Source of the DNA: Syntrophales bacterium
GTDB lineage: Bacteria > Desulfobacterota > Syntrophia > Syntrophales > Fen-1087
Assembly (NCBI GenBank): GCA_034678725.1
Contig: JAXDBM010000049.1
Location: 10,878 to 74,877, forward strand
DNA: 64,000 bases
Direction: 5' to 3'
Shown piece after piece: positions 51,735 through 59,817 of this stretch. Position numbers and translations under genes: made by a program. The notes beneath the pieces are model-generated. The model did no database searches and was not told the origin of the DNA. It saw only the letters and a list, made by a program, of their open reading frames with translations. The number at the start of each line of letters is the position of its first letter. Position 1 is the stretch's first letter.

Positions 51735-53720
51735 CTACGCCCAGATAAATGTGACGCCGCTGGTGGGAAAGATCCACTCGTCGTCGCTGATCCGGAGTGT
51801 GATGGACCGGTCCTTCACTCGGGTGATCACCGGTGAGGGGTTCCTCCCGGCGAAGAAGCTGATCTCCCGGACATTCCGGACGCGCGCCCCCTCGTAGTTG
51901 AAGCGGATGTCCAGCCCCCGCGTGGGGTAGACCAGATAAACGGAGAACAGGTTGTTGCGCTTCGATTTCTTGGTCACGATTTCGATTGCAATCCTGGCCT
52001 GGCGGTTGACTTTTTTCTTCAGATCCTCGCCGCCGCACCAGACCTCGTAGCCCCGGTCCGTGATTTCCGTCCGAATGATGGGGACCGGATCATCGTCGAT
52101 ACAGACGCGGCTCACCCGGAAATCCTTTTCCGTGATCGCCTCGTCGCGTTGGCCGAGCAGCCAGCGGTACTCGCACCGCTTATCGTCGAACAGCGAGGCG
52201 AGCTGCTCGTTATTCATGGCGCAGCCGATCATGAAGACGGGATGGCTGAGGGCCTTGGTGTATTCGATGCGCGTGGTGACCTTGAAATCATCTCCGGACG
52301 GGCGATCGGAGGCCATTTCCGCCTCCGTGAATTCCTCGATGTGGATGTCGTAGCGGAAGTTCGTCCGCAGCTCGAGCTGCCGGTCCTCCTTGCCGAACAG
52401 GGTTTCGAACATCTCGTAGTAGATGGCGTCGCCCAGCTCCTCGCTGCGCGCCCGGGTCTGGAGGCAATGCCGGAGGATGTTGTCGATGCGGGCAAGGGAT
52501 TTTTCCTCGTCGGGGATGAAGACCCTCCGGAGGCGGGGAGCCACGGTGTCCGTTTTGCCCTTCTGCAGGAAGACCCGCGGCGCCCGCTTGCCCAGGGCGC
52601 ACAGGATCTCGTAGCTGATGGTCCGGATGCGGTTCGCGATCTCGTTGGCGGTGATCGCTTCGCTTCCCTGCCGGCCGAGGATCACCACCTCGTCCCCCAC
52701 TTGGCAGTCCTGAATGTGGCTGACATTGACGGTGCACATGTCCATGGAAACCCGCCCGACGATGGCGGCCCGCTTTCCCTGAATGAGCACCTCGCCCTGG
52801 TTCGACAGGAGCACGTCGTAGCCGTCCCCGTAGCCGACGGGGATCGTCGCGATCCGGGTGGGCTTGTGGGTCATATAGGTCCGGTTGTAGCCGATGCTGT
52901 AGCCTTCCGGAAACTCTTTGATGAGCACGATCCGGGTCTTGAAGCTCATGACCGGGGCGAGGCTCGCCTTTCCTGCGGTGTCGGGCGAGGGGTAGATGCC
53001 GTAGGACATGATGCCCGGCCGGACCATGTCCAGGTGGAACCCGGGGTAATTGAGGATGCCCCCGCTGTTGCACATGTGCCGGACGGGAATCCGGACCCGG
53101 TGGGCCGCCAGCTTGTCCAGCAGATCCTTGAACAGGCGCCACTGCCGGTCGTTGTACTCGATCATCACCTCGCTGGCCGCCAGGTGGGTGAAGATCCCCT
53201 CGACAACGACGTTCGGAAATGCGAGGATTTCCCGGATCATGTCGAAGGCCTCGTAATGGATGGTGCCGCCGCGGCCCATCCCGGTGTCCACCTCGATGTG
53301 TATGGGGGCCTTGATCCCCGCCTTGCGGAACTGCCTCTGCAGCTCCCGGGCAAAACAGATGTCGGAGACCGACGGTGTCAGGTTGTACTTGATGATCTGG
53401 CCGATTTCGTAATCCGGCGAGGGGCTGAGGATGACGATGGGTGCGCTGATGTCGCTGACCCGGAGCTGAACGCCCTCATCCGCGTTGGCGACGCCGAGGC
53501 AGGCCGCGCCGTTTTTCAGCGCCACATTGGCGATTTCCATCGCGCCGTGCCCGTAGGCGTCGGCCTTCACCACCTGCATGATGCGCACGGCAGGGCCCAC
53601 GAGCCGCTTCATCTCATTCCAGTTTTGGGTGAAGTGATCGAGGTCGACTTCCACCCAGCTTCTGTACCGCTGTTCCTCTTTCAACGCCATGTCCCCTGTC
53701 CCCGGGCCGCTTCCACACAT
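51735..53720 (-). CDS. alr: Alanine racemase fused to a ~276-aa C-terminal domain of unknown function
   Basis: The PLP-lysine block VVKADAYGHG and the Alr fold to about aa 385 (..ISYEILCALGKRAPRVF). A further 276 aa have no motif I recognise. ATG 53690 is an alternative start. Confidence 0.85.
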   Translation of the reverse strand: MCGSGPGTGDMALKEEQRYRSWVEVDLDHFTQNWNEMKRLVGPAVRIMQVVKADAYGHGAMEIANVALKNGAACLGVANADEGVQLRVSDISAPIVILSPSPDYEIGQIIKYNLTPSVSDICFARELQRQFRKAGIKAPIHIEVDTGMGRGGTIHYEAFDMIREILAFPNVVVEGIFTHLAASEVMIEYNDRQWRLFKDLLDKLAAHRVRIPVRHMCNSGGILNYPGFHLDMVRPGIMSYGIYPSPDTAGKASLAPVMSFKTRIVLIKEFPEGYSIGYNRTYMTHKPTRIATIPVGYGDGYDVLLSNQGEVLIQGKRAAIVGRVSMDMCTVNVSHIQDCQVGDEVVILGRQGSEAITANEIANRIRTISYEILCALGKRAPRVFLQKGKTDTVAPRLRRVFIPDEEKSLARIDNILRHCLQTRARSEELGDAIYYEMFETLFGKEDRQLELRTNFRYDIHIEEFTEAEMASDRPSGDDFKVTTRIEYTKALSHPVFMIGCAMNNEQLASLFDDKRCEYRWLLGQRDEAITEKDFRVSRVCIDDDPVPIIRTEITDRGYEVWCGGEDLKKKVNRQARIAIEIVTKKSKRNNLFSVYLVYPTRGLDIRFNYEGARVRNVREISFFAGRNPSPVITRVKDRSITLRISDDEWIFPTSGVTFIWA

Positions 53721-53984
53721 CCTTCCTGAAACCGCGACGTGCGAATCATACCAGAGGCTTCGGTGTTGTCAAGGCAAAGCTCGGACTTGGTTTGTGGAAA
53801 CAGCCATTGGAAATTTTCCATTATCCGTCCGATCGTCGCTGTCGAACACCTGCTTCGACCGCCCTCTCTGGCTCCGCTCGCGCTCCGCCGATCAAGGCCG
53901 TTCGAGCAGACCCCGCCCCAAGGGGCTGTAACGATCCATCGTTCGCATAAAGAGAGAAAAATCCTTGCTGCTATGACGTTATGG

Positions 53985-54002
53985 TGTTATAGATACATAA
54001 CA
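53985..54002. promoter_or_regulatory. Inverted repeat upstream of the TA operon (candidate antitoxin operator)
   Basis: TGTTAT-N6-ATAACA, 18 nt upstream of ATG 54020. Confidence 0.35.
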
Positions 54003-54019
54003 ACATGGGGGGTGATAAT

Positions 54020-54253
54020 ATGAAATCAGCAGCAACACGCGCCACCGTATACCTGGACCCGGAATTACATAAAGCTCTTCGCTTAAAGGCAGTTGAAACA
54101 TCACAGTCTCTATCGAAATTAGTGAATGATGCCATCAAAGAATCTCTGGCGGAAGACGCTGAAGACATTGCAGCTTTTGGGGAAAGAGTTAAAGAGCCCT
54201 TAATCAGTTACGAAACAATGATCAAGAGGCTGAAAATCGATGGCAAAATATGA
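54020..54253 (+). CDS. Ribbon-helix-helix (CopG/RelB-like) type II antitoxin
   Basis: ATG 54020 preceded by GGGGGTGA. RATVYLDPELHKALRLKAVETSQSLSKLVNDAIKESL is an RHH pattern. It overlaps the toxin gene by 14 nt. Confidence 0.75.
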   Translation: MKSAATRATVYLDPELHKALRLKAVETSQSLSKLVNDAIKESLAEDAEDIAAFGERVKEPLISYETMIKRLKIDGKI

Positions 54254-54497
54254 AATCTATTTCAAACAATCCGTCGAAAAAGACTTCCGTGCGATACCCA
54301 AAAAAGATTTAAGGAAGATTATCCATTGCATTGAGGCGCTTTCTAAAGATCCGAGACCCCCAGGCCATGAAAAACTAACAGGGCAAGAGAGATACCGTGT
54401 TCGACAAGGGCGGTACAGGATTATCTATTCCGTTCAGGAGAAAGAGCTTACAATTTGGATCGTGAAGGTGGGGCATCGAAGAGATGTTTATCGCTGA
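54240..54497 (+). CDS. relE: RelE/ParE-family type II toxin
   Basis: YRVRQGRYRIIYSVQEKELTIWIVKVGHRRDVY, the typical RelE/StbE C-terminal signature. Confidence 0.85.
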   Translation: MAKYEIYFKQSVEKDFRAIPKKDLRKIIHCIEALSKDPRPPGHEKLTGQERYRVRQGRYRIIYSVQEKELTIWIVKVGHRRDVYR

Positions 54498-54515
54498 AGC
54501 GAACATGTCAATCCT

Positions 54516-54546
54516 CGCGACCGCATGTAGCGGCGCGTGATTTTTT
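54516..54546 (+). terminator. Intrinsic terminator after the TA pair
   Basis: CGCGACCGC-ATGTA-GCGGCGCG hairpin (8 bp with one bulged A), followed by TGATTTTTT. Confidence 0.55.
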
Positions 54547-54811
54547 CGCTAAATGACTGCCCGGGCGATGCTCTGCCGTTTACAAGAAATCCGTGCTGTC
54601 CCGGTGTGAAGCACTCTTCCCGGTGCGAACGGGATTACCCACCTTTACCCTTCATTTTACAATGCTGTTCTGATCCGCGGAAATCTTTCCTGTAAAATAT
54701 TCATCAATCATTACAAAAACATGAGATTCATTTCCCTGCCGGATGGCCCTTTTGGCACGATTCCTGATTGCAACCGACGCCGAAAAGACTTTTCACAAGG
54801 GAGGCATGCAG

Positions 54812-55762
54812 ATGACGGCTTCAAGAAACAGGGTGGCCGCGGTCTTTCCGGGGCAGGGCGCCCAGCGGCCTGGCATGGGGCGGGACTTCCATGACCGCGC
54901 CGCCGTCTGCCGGGAGACCTACGAGGAGGCATCGGATGCGCTGGGTTGGGACGTTGCCGCCATGTGCTTCGGGAACGACGAGCGGCTGGACCGAACGGAG
55001 TACACGCAGCCCTGCCTGCTGACGACGGAACTGGCAATGTTCCGGGGACTTTGCGAGCTGCATGGGATTCATCCGTCCCTTTACGGGGGTCACAGCCTCG
55101 GCGAGTTTACCGCCCTGGTCGCGGCCGGCGTCATTCCCCTTTCCGATGCCGTCCGGATCGTGCAGTCGCGGGGCAGGCTGATGCAGGAGGCGGCCCCGGC
55201 CGGCCTGGGCGGAATGGCGGCGGTGATTGCCGACGCGCTGGATGCCGACGACCTCGATCACGCCCTGTCCGATCTTCCCGTCGATATCGCGAATGTCAAC
55301 TCGCCGAAGCAGATCGTTCTCAGCGGGGCCGCGGAGGCCCTGTCCGAGGCGGCGGTCCGGATCGTCGATGTCCTGGAGGAAGGCAGGCCCTTCCGCTTCG
55401 TTCCCCTCAATGTCAGCGCCCCCTTTCACAGCCGGTTCATGCGCTGTGTGGAGGGCGAATTTTCAAGGATCCTCCAGTCCCTGAGCGAACGGATGGACGC
55501 GAAAAAAGCCGTCGCGGTCACTTCCAATTTCACCGGCGGATTCCACGAAACGAACCCGGATGATCTGCTGAGCGCCCTCACCTGCCAGATCGGGAGCCGG
55601 GTCCGCTGGGTGGACAACATGGAAGCCATCGCCGCGGAGGCCGATCGGATCTACGAAATCGGCCCGGCCCGGCCGCTCCGGGAATTTTTCAAATCGATCG
55701 ATGTCCACTGCCTGTCCGTGACGACGCTTTCCTCGGCGTCCCGGCTGTTCGGGAGCAATTGA
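54812..55762 (+). CDS. fabD: Malonyl-CoA:ACP transacylase
   Basis: AAVFPGQGAQRPGMG and active-site GHSLGEFTALVAAG. ATG 54812 lies 7 nt after AAGGGAGG; ATG 54806 is an alternative. Confidence 0.9.
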   Translation: MTASRNRVAAVFPGQGAQRPGMGRDFHDRAAVCRETYEEASDALGWDVAAMCFGNDERLDRTEYTQPCLLTTELAMFRGLCELHGIHPSLYGGHSLGEFTALVAAGVIPLSDAVRIVQSRGRLMQEAAPAGLGGMAAVIADALDADDLDHALSDLPVDIANVNSPKQIVLSGAAEALSEAAVRIVDVLEEGRPFRFVPLNVSAPFHSRFMRCVEGEFSRILQSLSERMDAKKAVAVTSNFTGGFHETNPDDLLSALTCQIGSRVRWVDNMEAIAAEADRIYEIGPARPLREFFKSIDVHCLSVTTLSSASRLFGSN

Positions 55763-55765
55763 GAC

Positions 55766-56965
55766 ATGGACTTCCATCTGAACGATCAGCAGCAGATGTA
55801 TGTGGACACGGTCCGCCGCTTCGTCCGGACGGAGATCCTGCCGCAGGTCATGGACATGGAACGGAAACACGTTTTCCCCATGCAGATCATCCGCAAGGCC
55901 TGGGAGACGGGCATCCTCAATCTCAGCATTCCGGACGCGATCAAGGAGTACGAGATCGACGCCGTATCGTCCGCGCTGATCATCATGGAGCTTTCCTACG
56001 GCGATTCGGGGATCGCCACGTCGGCCATGTGCAACGATCTCGCCAACGTGATCATCGCCCGTCATGGGAGCGCCGCACAACAGGAGCGGTTCCTCCGCCC
56101 CTTCGTCGAAAGGCCGCTGTTGGCTTCCTTCTGCCTGACCGAACCGGGTGCAGGCTCCGACAACGGCGCCATGATCTCCTGCATGAGCAAGCAGGCGGAC
56201 GGCTCGTACCGGCTCAACGGAACGAAATGCTTCATCACCAATGCCTCCTACGCATCCCAGTTCACGGTCTTCTGCAAGGTGGGAAAGCCGGGCAGTTCGC
56301 TGATGGCCTGCGTCGTCGTTCCCGCCGGGTCCGTTTCCCCGGAAGATATGCAGGGCGATGGAGAAGGGATCCGGGAGATCGACATCGCGGCGGGCGGGAA
56401 AATCGTCGTCGCGAAGGCGGAGGACAAGCTCGGGCAGCGCCTGTCCAACACGGCCGGTGTCACCTTCGAGGACGTGGTGATTGCCCCCGACCAGATCATC
56501 GGGGACCGGCGTCTGGGATTCCGCTACATCGTCGATGTCCTCGACTACGCCCGGCCCATGGTGGCGGCGATCGGCGTCGGGCTGGCGAGGCGCGCGCTGG
56601 ATGTCACGCTGGCCTACACCCGGGAGCGCCGCCAATTCAGCCAGCGCATCTGCGACCTTCCAGTGGCGCGGGAATCGCTGGTGGCCATGTGGAAAAAAGT
56701 GGAAATGGCGGAGATGGCCCTGCTGAAGTCCGCCTGGAAACTCCAGACGGGGGCGCCGGACGGCGGCCTCTACGCCTCGCTGGCGAAAAATGCCGCAGCG
56801 GAGGCGTCCCTCTTCTGCGCGAACGAGGGGCTCCACCTCCACGGCGGCTACGGATTCATGTCGGAATACGAGATTTCGAAGCTGGTCCGGGACGCCCATA
56901 TCCTCGACATCTACGAGGGCGTCCGGGAGGTCCAGAACATGATCATCGGCCGGGAGCTGGTCTGA
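55766..56965 (+). CDS. Acyl-CoA dehydrogenase-family flavoenzyme (possibly acting on acyl-ACP)
   Basis: ACAD fold: CLTEPGAGSD, FITNA and the C-terminal catalytic-Glu block DIYEGVREVQ. It starts 3 nt after the fabD stop, and its stop overlaps the fabH start (TGATG). Confidence 0.9.
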   Translation: MDFHLNDQQQMYVDTVRRFVRTEILPQVMDMERKHVFPMQIIRKAWETGILNLSIPDAIKEYEIDAVSSALIIMELSYGDSGIATSAMCNDLANVIIARHGSAAQQERFLRPFVERPLLASFCLTEPGAGSDNGAMISCMSKQADGSYRLNGTKCFITNASYASQFTVFCKVGKPGSSLMACVVVPAGSVSPEDMQGDGEGIREIDIAAGGKIVVAKAEDKLGQRLSNTAGVTFEDVVIAPDQIIGDRRLGFRYIVDVLDYARPMVAAIGVGLARRALDVTLAYTRERRQFSQRICDLPVARESLVAMWKKVEMAEMALLKSAWKLQTGAPDGGLYASLAKNAAAEASLFCANEGLHLHGGYGFMSEYEISKLVRDAHILDIYEGVREVQNMIIGRELV

Positions 56966-57954
56966 TGGCGCTTTACCTGCACGGTCTGGGTCACTTCCAC
57001 CCGGAGAACGTGATCTCCAACCGTTTCCTCGAGGAGCTGGACATCGGCACGACCCAGGAGTGGATCATGGAGCGGGTCGGCATTCAGGAGCGCCGCACGG
57101 CCCTTTCCCTGGACTATATTCAGGCGACGCGGAACCGCGATCCGCGGGCGGCGCTGGAGGCGAGCAGCCATACGAACGCGCGGATCGGCGCGGCGGCGGC
57201 CCGAATGGCCTTGGATCGGGCGGGGCTCGGTCCGGAGGACATCGGCCTCGTCGTTTCCGGAAGCTCGGCCCCGGACCACGTCACGCCCGCCGAGGCGGCG
57301 GTGGTGGCGGCGGAACTGGACATCGAAGCGCCCTGTTTCGACATGAATGCCGCCTGCGCCACCTTTGGCGTGCAGATGCATTTTCTGAGCGGAATGCGGC
57401 CGGAAGCGCTTCCGCCTTACGTCCTGGTGGTCAACCCGGAGAGCCTCACCCGCTGCGTCGATTATTCGGACCGGAACACGGCTGTGCTCTTCGGGGACGG
57501 CGGCACGGCGGCCGTCGTCTCGGCGGCCGTGCCGTCGCGCATTCATGTTCAGGACTGCCGTTGCGATGCCCGGCCGTCGGCCTGGCGGAAGGCGTCGATT
57601 CCCCGTACCGGCTATTTCCGGCAGGAGGGGAACGCCGTCCAGGGGTTTGCAATCCGCCGCATGACGGACACCGTCCGAATGCTTCAGGATTCCCACGGCC
57701 GCAACGGCCATCGCTTTCTCTTCGCCGGACACCAGGCGAACCTGGGAATCCTGCAGACGGTCTGCGCGCGGACGGGAATCGCGGAGGATCACCACTGGCA
57801 CAATGTGGTCCGCTTCGGCAACGCCGGCTGCTCGGGCGCGCCTGCGGCCGTGAGCCAGCGCTGGGGCGATCTGAAGCCGGGCGACCGTCTGGCCATGGCT
57901 TTCGTGGGCGCGGGGCTGAGCTGGGCGTCTCTGATGCTGGTAGTCGAGGAATGA
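56965..57954 (+). CDS. fabH: 3-oxoacyl-ACP synthase III (FabH-like)
   Basis: These are the last 329 codons of track ORF 55759..57954. Cys-His-Asn triad contexts DMNAACATFG, GHQANLGI and FGNAGCSG. Confidence 0.85.
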   Translation: MALYLHGLGHFHPENVISNRFLEELDIGTTQEWIMERVGIQERRTALSLDYIQATRNRDPRAALEASSHTNARIGAAAARMALDRAGLGPEDIGLVVSGSSAPDHVTPAEAAVVAAELDIEAPCFDMNAACATFGVQMHFLSGMRPEALPPYVLVVNPESLTRCVDYSDRNTAVLFGDGGTAAVVSAAVPSRIHVQDCRCDARPSAWRKASIPRTGYFRQEGNAVQGFAIRRMTDTVRMLQDSHGRNGHRFLFAGHQANLGILQTVCARTGIAEDHHWHNVVRFGNAGCSGAPAAVSQRWGDLKPGDRLAMAFVGAGLSWASLMLVVEE

Positions 57955-57996
57955 CGGAAAGATATCGATGATACGCATTTTGCGGGGATGTGAAGC

Positions 57997-58602
57997 ATGA
58001 GAATCGGTTACCGGGAATTCCGGGAGAGGAAAAGTTTCGGCCTGGCTGACCTGATCGCCTTTTCCCGCGGCAGCCTGGTGGCGGATCCCCCGGCGGGATT
58101 CGAGGCAAGGCTGCCCGCCCCGCCGTTCCTGATGGTGGACCGCATCCTGCGGATCGAGGCCGACGGACGGAGGGGAAAGATCGTGGCGGAGCAGGACATC
58201 CGCCTGGACGCCTGGTATTTCCAGTGCCATATGCCCGGGGACCCGGTGCAGCCGGGCTGTTTGTGCGTGGATGCCGTCTGGCAGCTCCTGGGATTTTACG
58301 GGACCTGGCGTGGCGGTCTGGGTGCGGGGAGGGCGCTGGGGTGCGACGGGGTGGCCTTTACCGGCCAGATCCGGCCCTACCACCGAGTCGTACGTTTCGA
58401 AATCGACATTCGCCGCTTTGCCGTTCTGGCCGATTCGGGAGCCGGCATCGTGATCGGCGACGGCGCGATCTCCGTCGACGGCGAGCCCGTTGCCGAGGTC
58501 CGTCAGGCCCGGACAGGCCTGTTCCGGGGAATCGTCTATGGCGGTTACCCCTGGCCGGAAAGCGCCGGGGAAGGGCGCATGCCGGCCGGTTGCACGGCAT
58601 GA
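57997..58602 (+). CDS. fabA: FabA-type 3-hydroxyacyl-ACP dehydratase / trans-2-decenoyl-ACP isomerase homologue
   Basis: LPAPPFLMVDRI and YFQCHMPGDPVQPGCLCVDAVWQLLGFY align with E. coli FabA LPAPNMLMMDRV and [28 protein letters not shown]. The catalytic His and Asp are retained. Confidence 0.85.
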   Translation: MRIGYREFRERKSFGLADLIAFSRGSLVADPPAGFEARLPAPPFLMVDRILRIEADGRRGKIVAEQDIRLDAWYFQCHMPGDPVQPGCLCVDAVWQLLGFYGTWRGGLGAGRALGCDGVAFTGQIRPYHRVVRFEIDIRRFAVLADSGAGIVIGDGAISVDGEPVAEVRQARTGLFRGIVYGGYPWPESAGEGRMPAGCTA

Positions 58603-58613
58603 AGGGGGAAGCG

Positions 58614-59357
58614 ATGGCATCATCCGGTCAGCCGGACCAACCCGTTGCGGTTGTAACCGGAGCCGCCACGGGCATCGGGGCCGCCTGCGCCCGAGCGCTG
58701 GCGGAGAAGGGCTTTCGGGTCGGCATTCACTATCGGCGCAGCACCGCTGCGGCCGGGGCCCTGATGGCCGAGCTGGGTGAAGCATTCCTGCTCCGCGGGG
58801 ACTTGTCGCGGGAAGAGGATGTCGATGGCATCGTGGAGCGGATCAAGGACGAGGCGGGGCGGGTGGACGTCCTCGTCAACAATGCGGGCCTGTCGCTCAA
58901 TGCCGACATCCACGCCATGCGCCTCGAACAGTTCGACGAGCAGCGGGCCCTGACGCGCGGGACCTGGTACCTGACCAAGCGCATCCTGCGGCAGTTCATG
59001 ATACGACGCAACCGGGGGCGGATCATCAACATCACCAGCGTCGTCGGACACACGGGCAACGGGGGGCAGATCGCCTACACGATGGAGAAGGCCGCCCTGG
59101 ACGCCTTCACCCGGTCCCTCGCGAAGGAGCTGGCGGGCCGGGACATTCTTGTGAATTCGATTGCGCCCGGCTTCATCGACACGGACATGACGGCGGACCT
59201 TCCGGAAGAGGTCCGGGAACGCATCCTCGCCGGCATTCCCATGGGGAGAATGGGCAGGCCGGACGAAGTGGCCGAGGTGGCGGCCTTCCTGGCCAACGGC
59301 GGGAGCTACATCACGGGCTCCGTGATCCACGTCAACGGGGGGCTCTATGGCGGCTGA
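58614..59357 (+). CDS. fabG: 3-oxoacyl-ACP reductase (SDR, FabG-like)
   Basis: TGAATGIGAA, NNAG, and YTMEK (the YxxxK motif). ATG 58614 follows AAGGGGGA; ATG 58599 (ATGA overlap with fabA) is an alternative. Confidence 0.85.
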   Translation: MASSGQPDQPVAVVTGAATGIGAACARALAEKGFRVGIHYRRSTAAAGALMAELGEAFLLRGDLSREEDVDGIVERIKDEAGRVDVLVNNAGLSLNADIHAMRLEQFDEQRALTRGTWYLTKRILRQFMIRRNRGRIINITSVVGHTGNGGQIAYTMEKAALDAFTRSLAKELAGRDILVNSIAPGFIDTDMTADLPEEVRERILAGIPMGRMGRPDEVAEVAAFLANGGSYITGSVIHVNGGLYGG

Positions 59358-59817
59358 CGAACAAATGAAGGCGATCATTCTGAAGGCGATTCCCCAGCAG
59401 CCGCCGTTCCGTTTCATCGACGAGTTGCTGGAGCTGGATGACGATCGCAGCATCGGCGCCTACCGGTTCCGGCCGGACGAGTACTTCTACCGGGGGCATT
59501 TTCCCGGACGTCCCGTGACGCCCGGCGTCATCCTCATCGAGGCCATGGCCCAGACGAGCATCGTCGCCCACGGGCTGTACCTTTCCATGAAGAAAAGTGG
59601 ATCGTCTCCGGATGACTTGAAGCGAATCAGCACCCTGTTCACCTGCGCCGAAACGGTGGAATTCACCGGGATCGTGGCGCCGGGCGAGCGGATCGTCTTC
59701 CGGGGGGAAAAGGTCTATTTTCGCATGGGGAGCCTGAAGGCAAAAATTGTTGCGGAGCGGGAGACCGGGGAAGTCGTCTGCCGGGGAACGCTGGCCGGCA
59801 TGGGGGTCCGTTTATGA
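59347..59817 (+). CDS. FabZ-like hot-dog fold 3-hydroxyacyl-ACP dehydratase
   Basis: PPFRFIDEL and YRGHFPGRPVTPGVILIEAMAQ match the FabZ catalytic His/Glu block. Overlaps fabG by 11 nt. Confidence 0.75.
   Translation: MAADEQMKAIILKAIPQQPPFRFIDELLELDDDRSIGAYRFRPDEYFYRGHFPGRPVTPGVILIEAMAQTSIVAHGLYLSMKKSGSSPDDLKRISTLFTCAETVEFTGIVAPGERIVFRGEKVYFRMGSLKAKIVAERETGEVVCRGTLAGMGVRL

Noticed and set aside
54753-54771. A TGGCAC…TTGC element upstream of fabD that looks like a sigma-54 promoter.
   Set aside because: GG-to-GC spacing is 16 nt instead of the canonical 12, so it does not fit the -24/-12 geometry.
55759-57954. A 731-aa track ORF that could be read as a giant fusion protein.
   Set aside because: Its first ~400 codons are an out-of-frame shadow over the ACAD gene. 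Only the last 329 codons (from ATG 56965, TGATG-coupled) encode the FabH-like protein.
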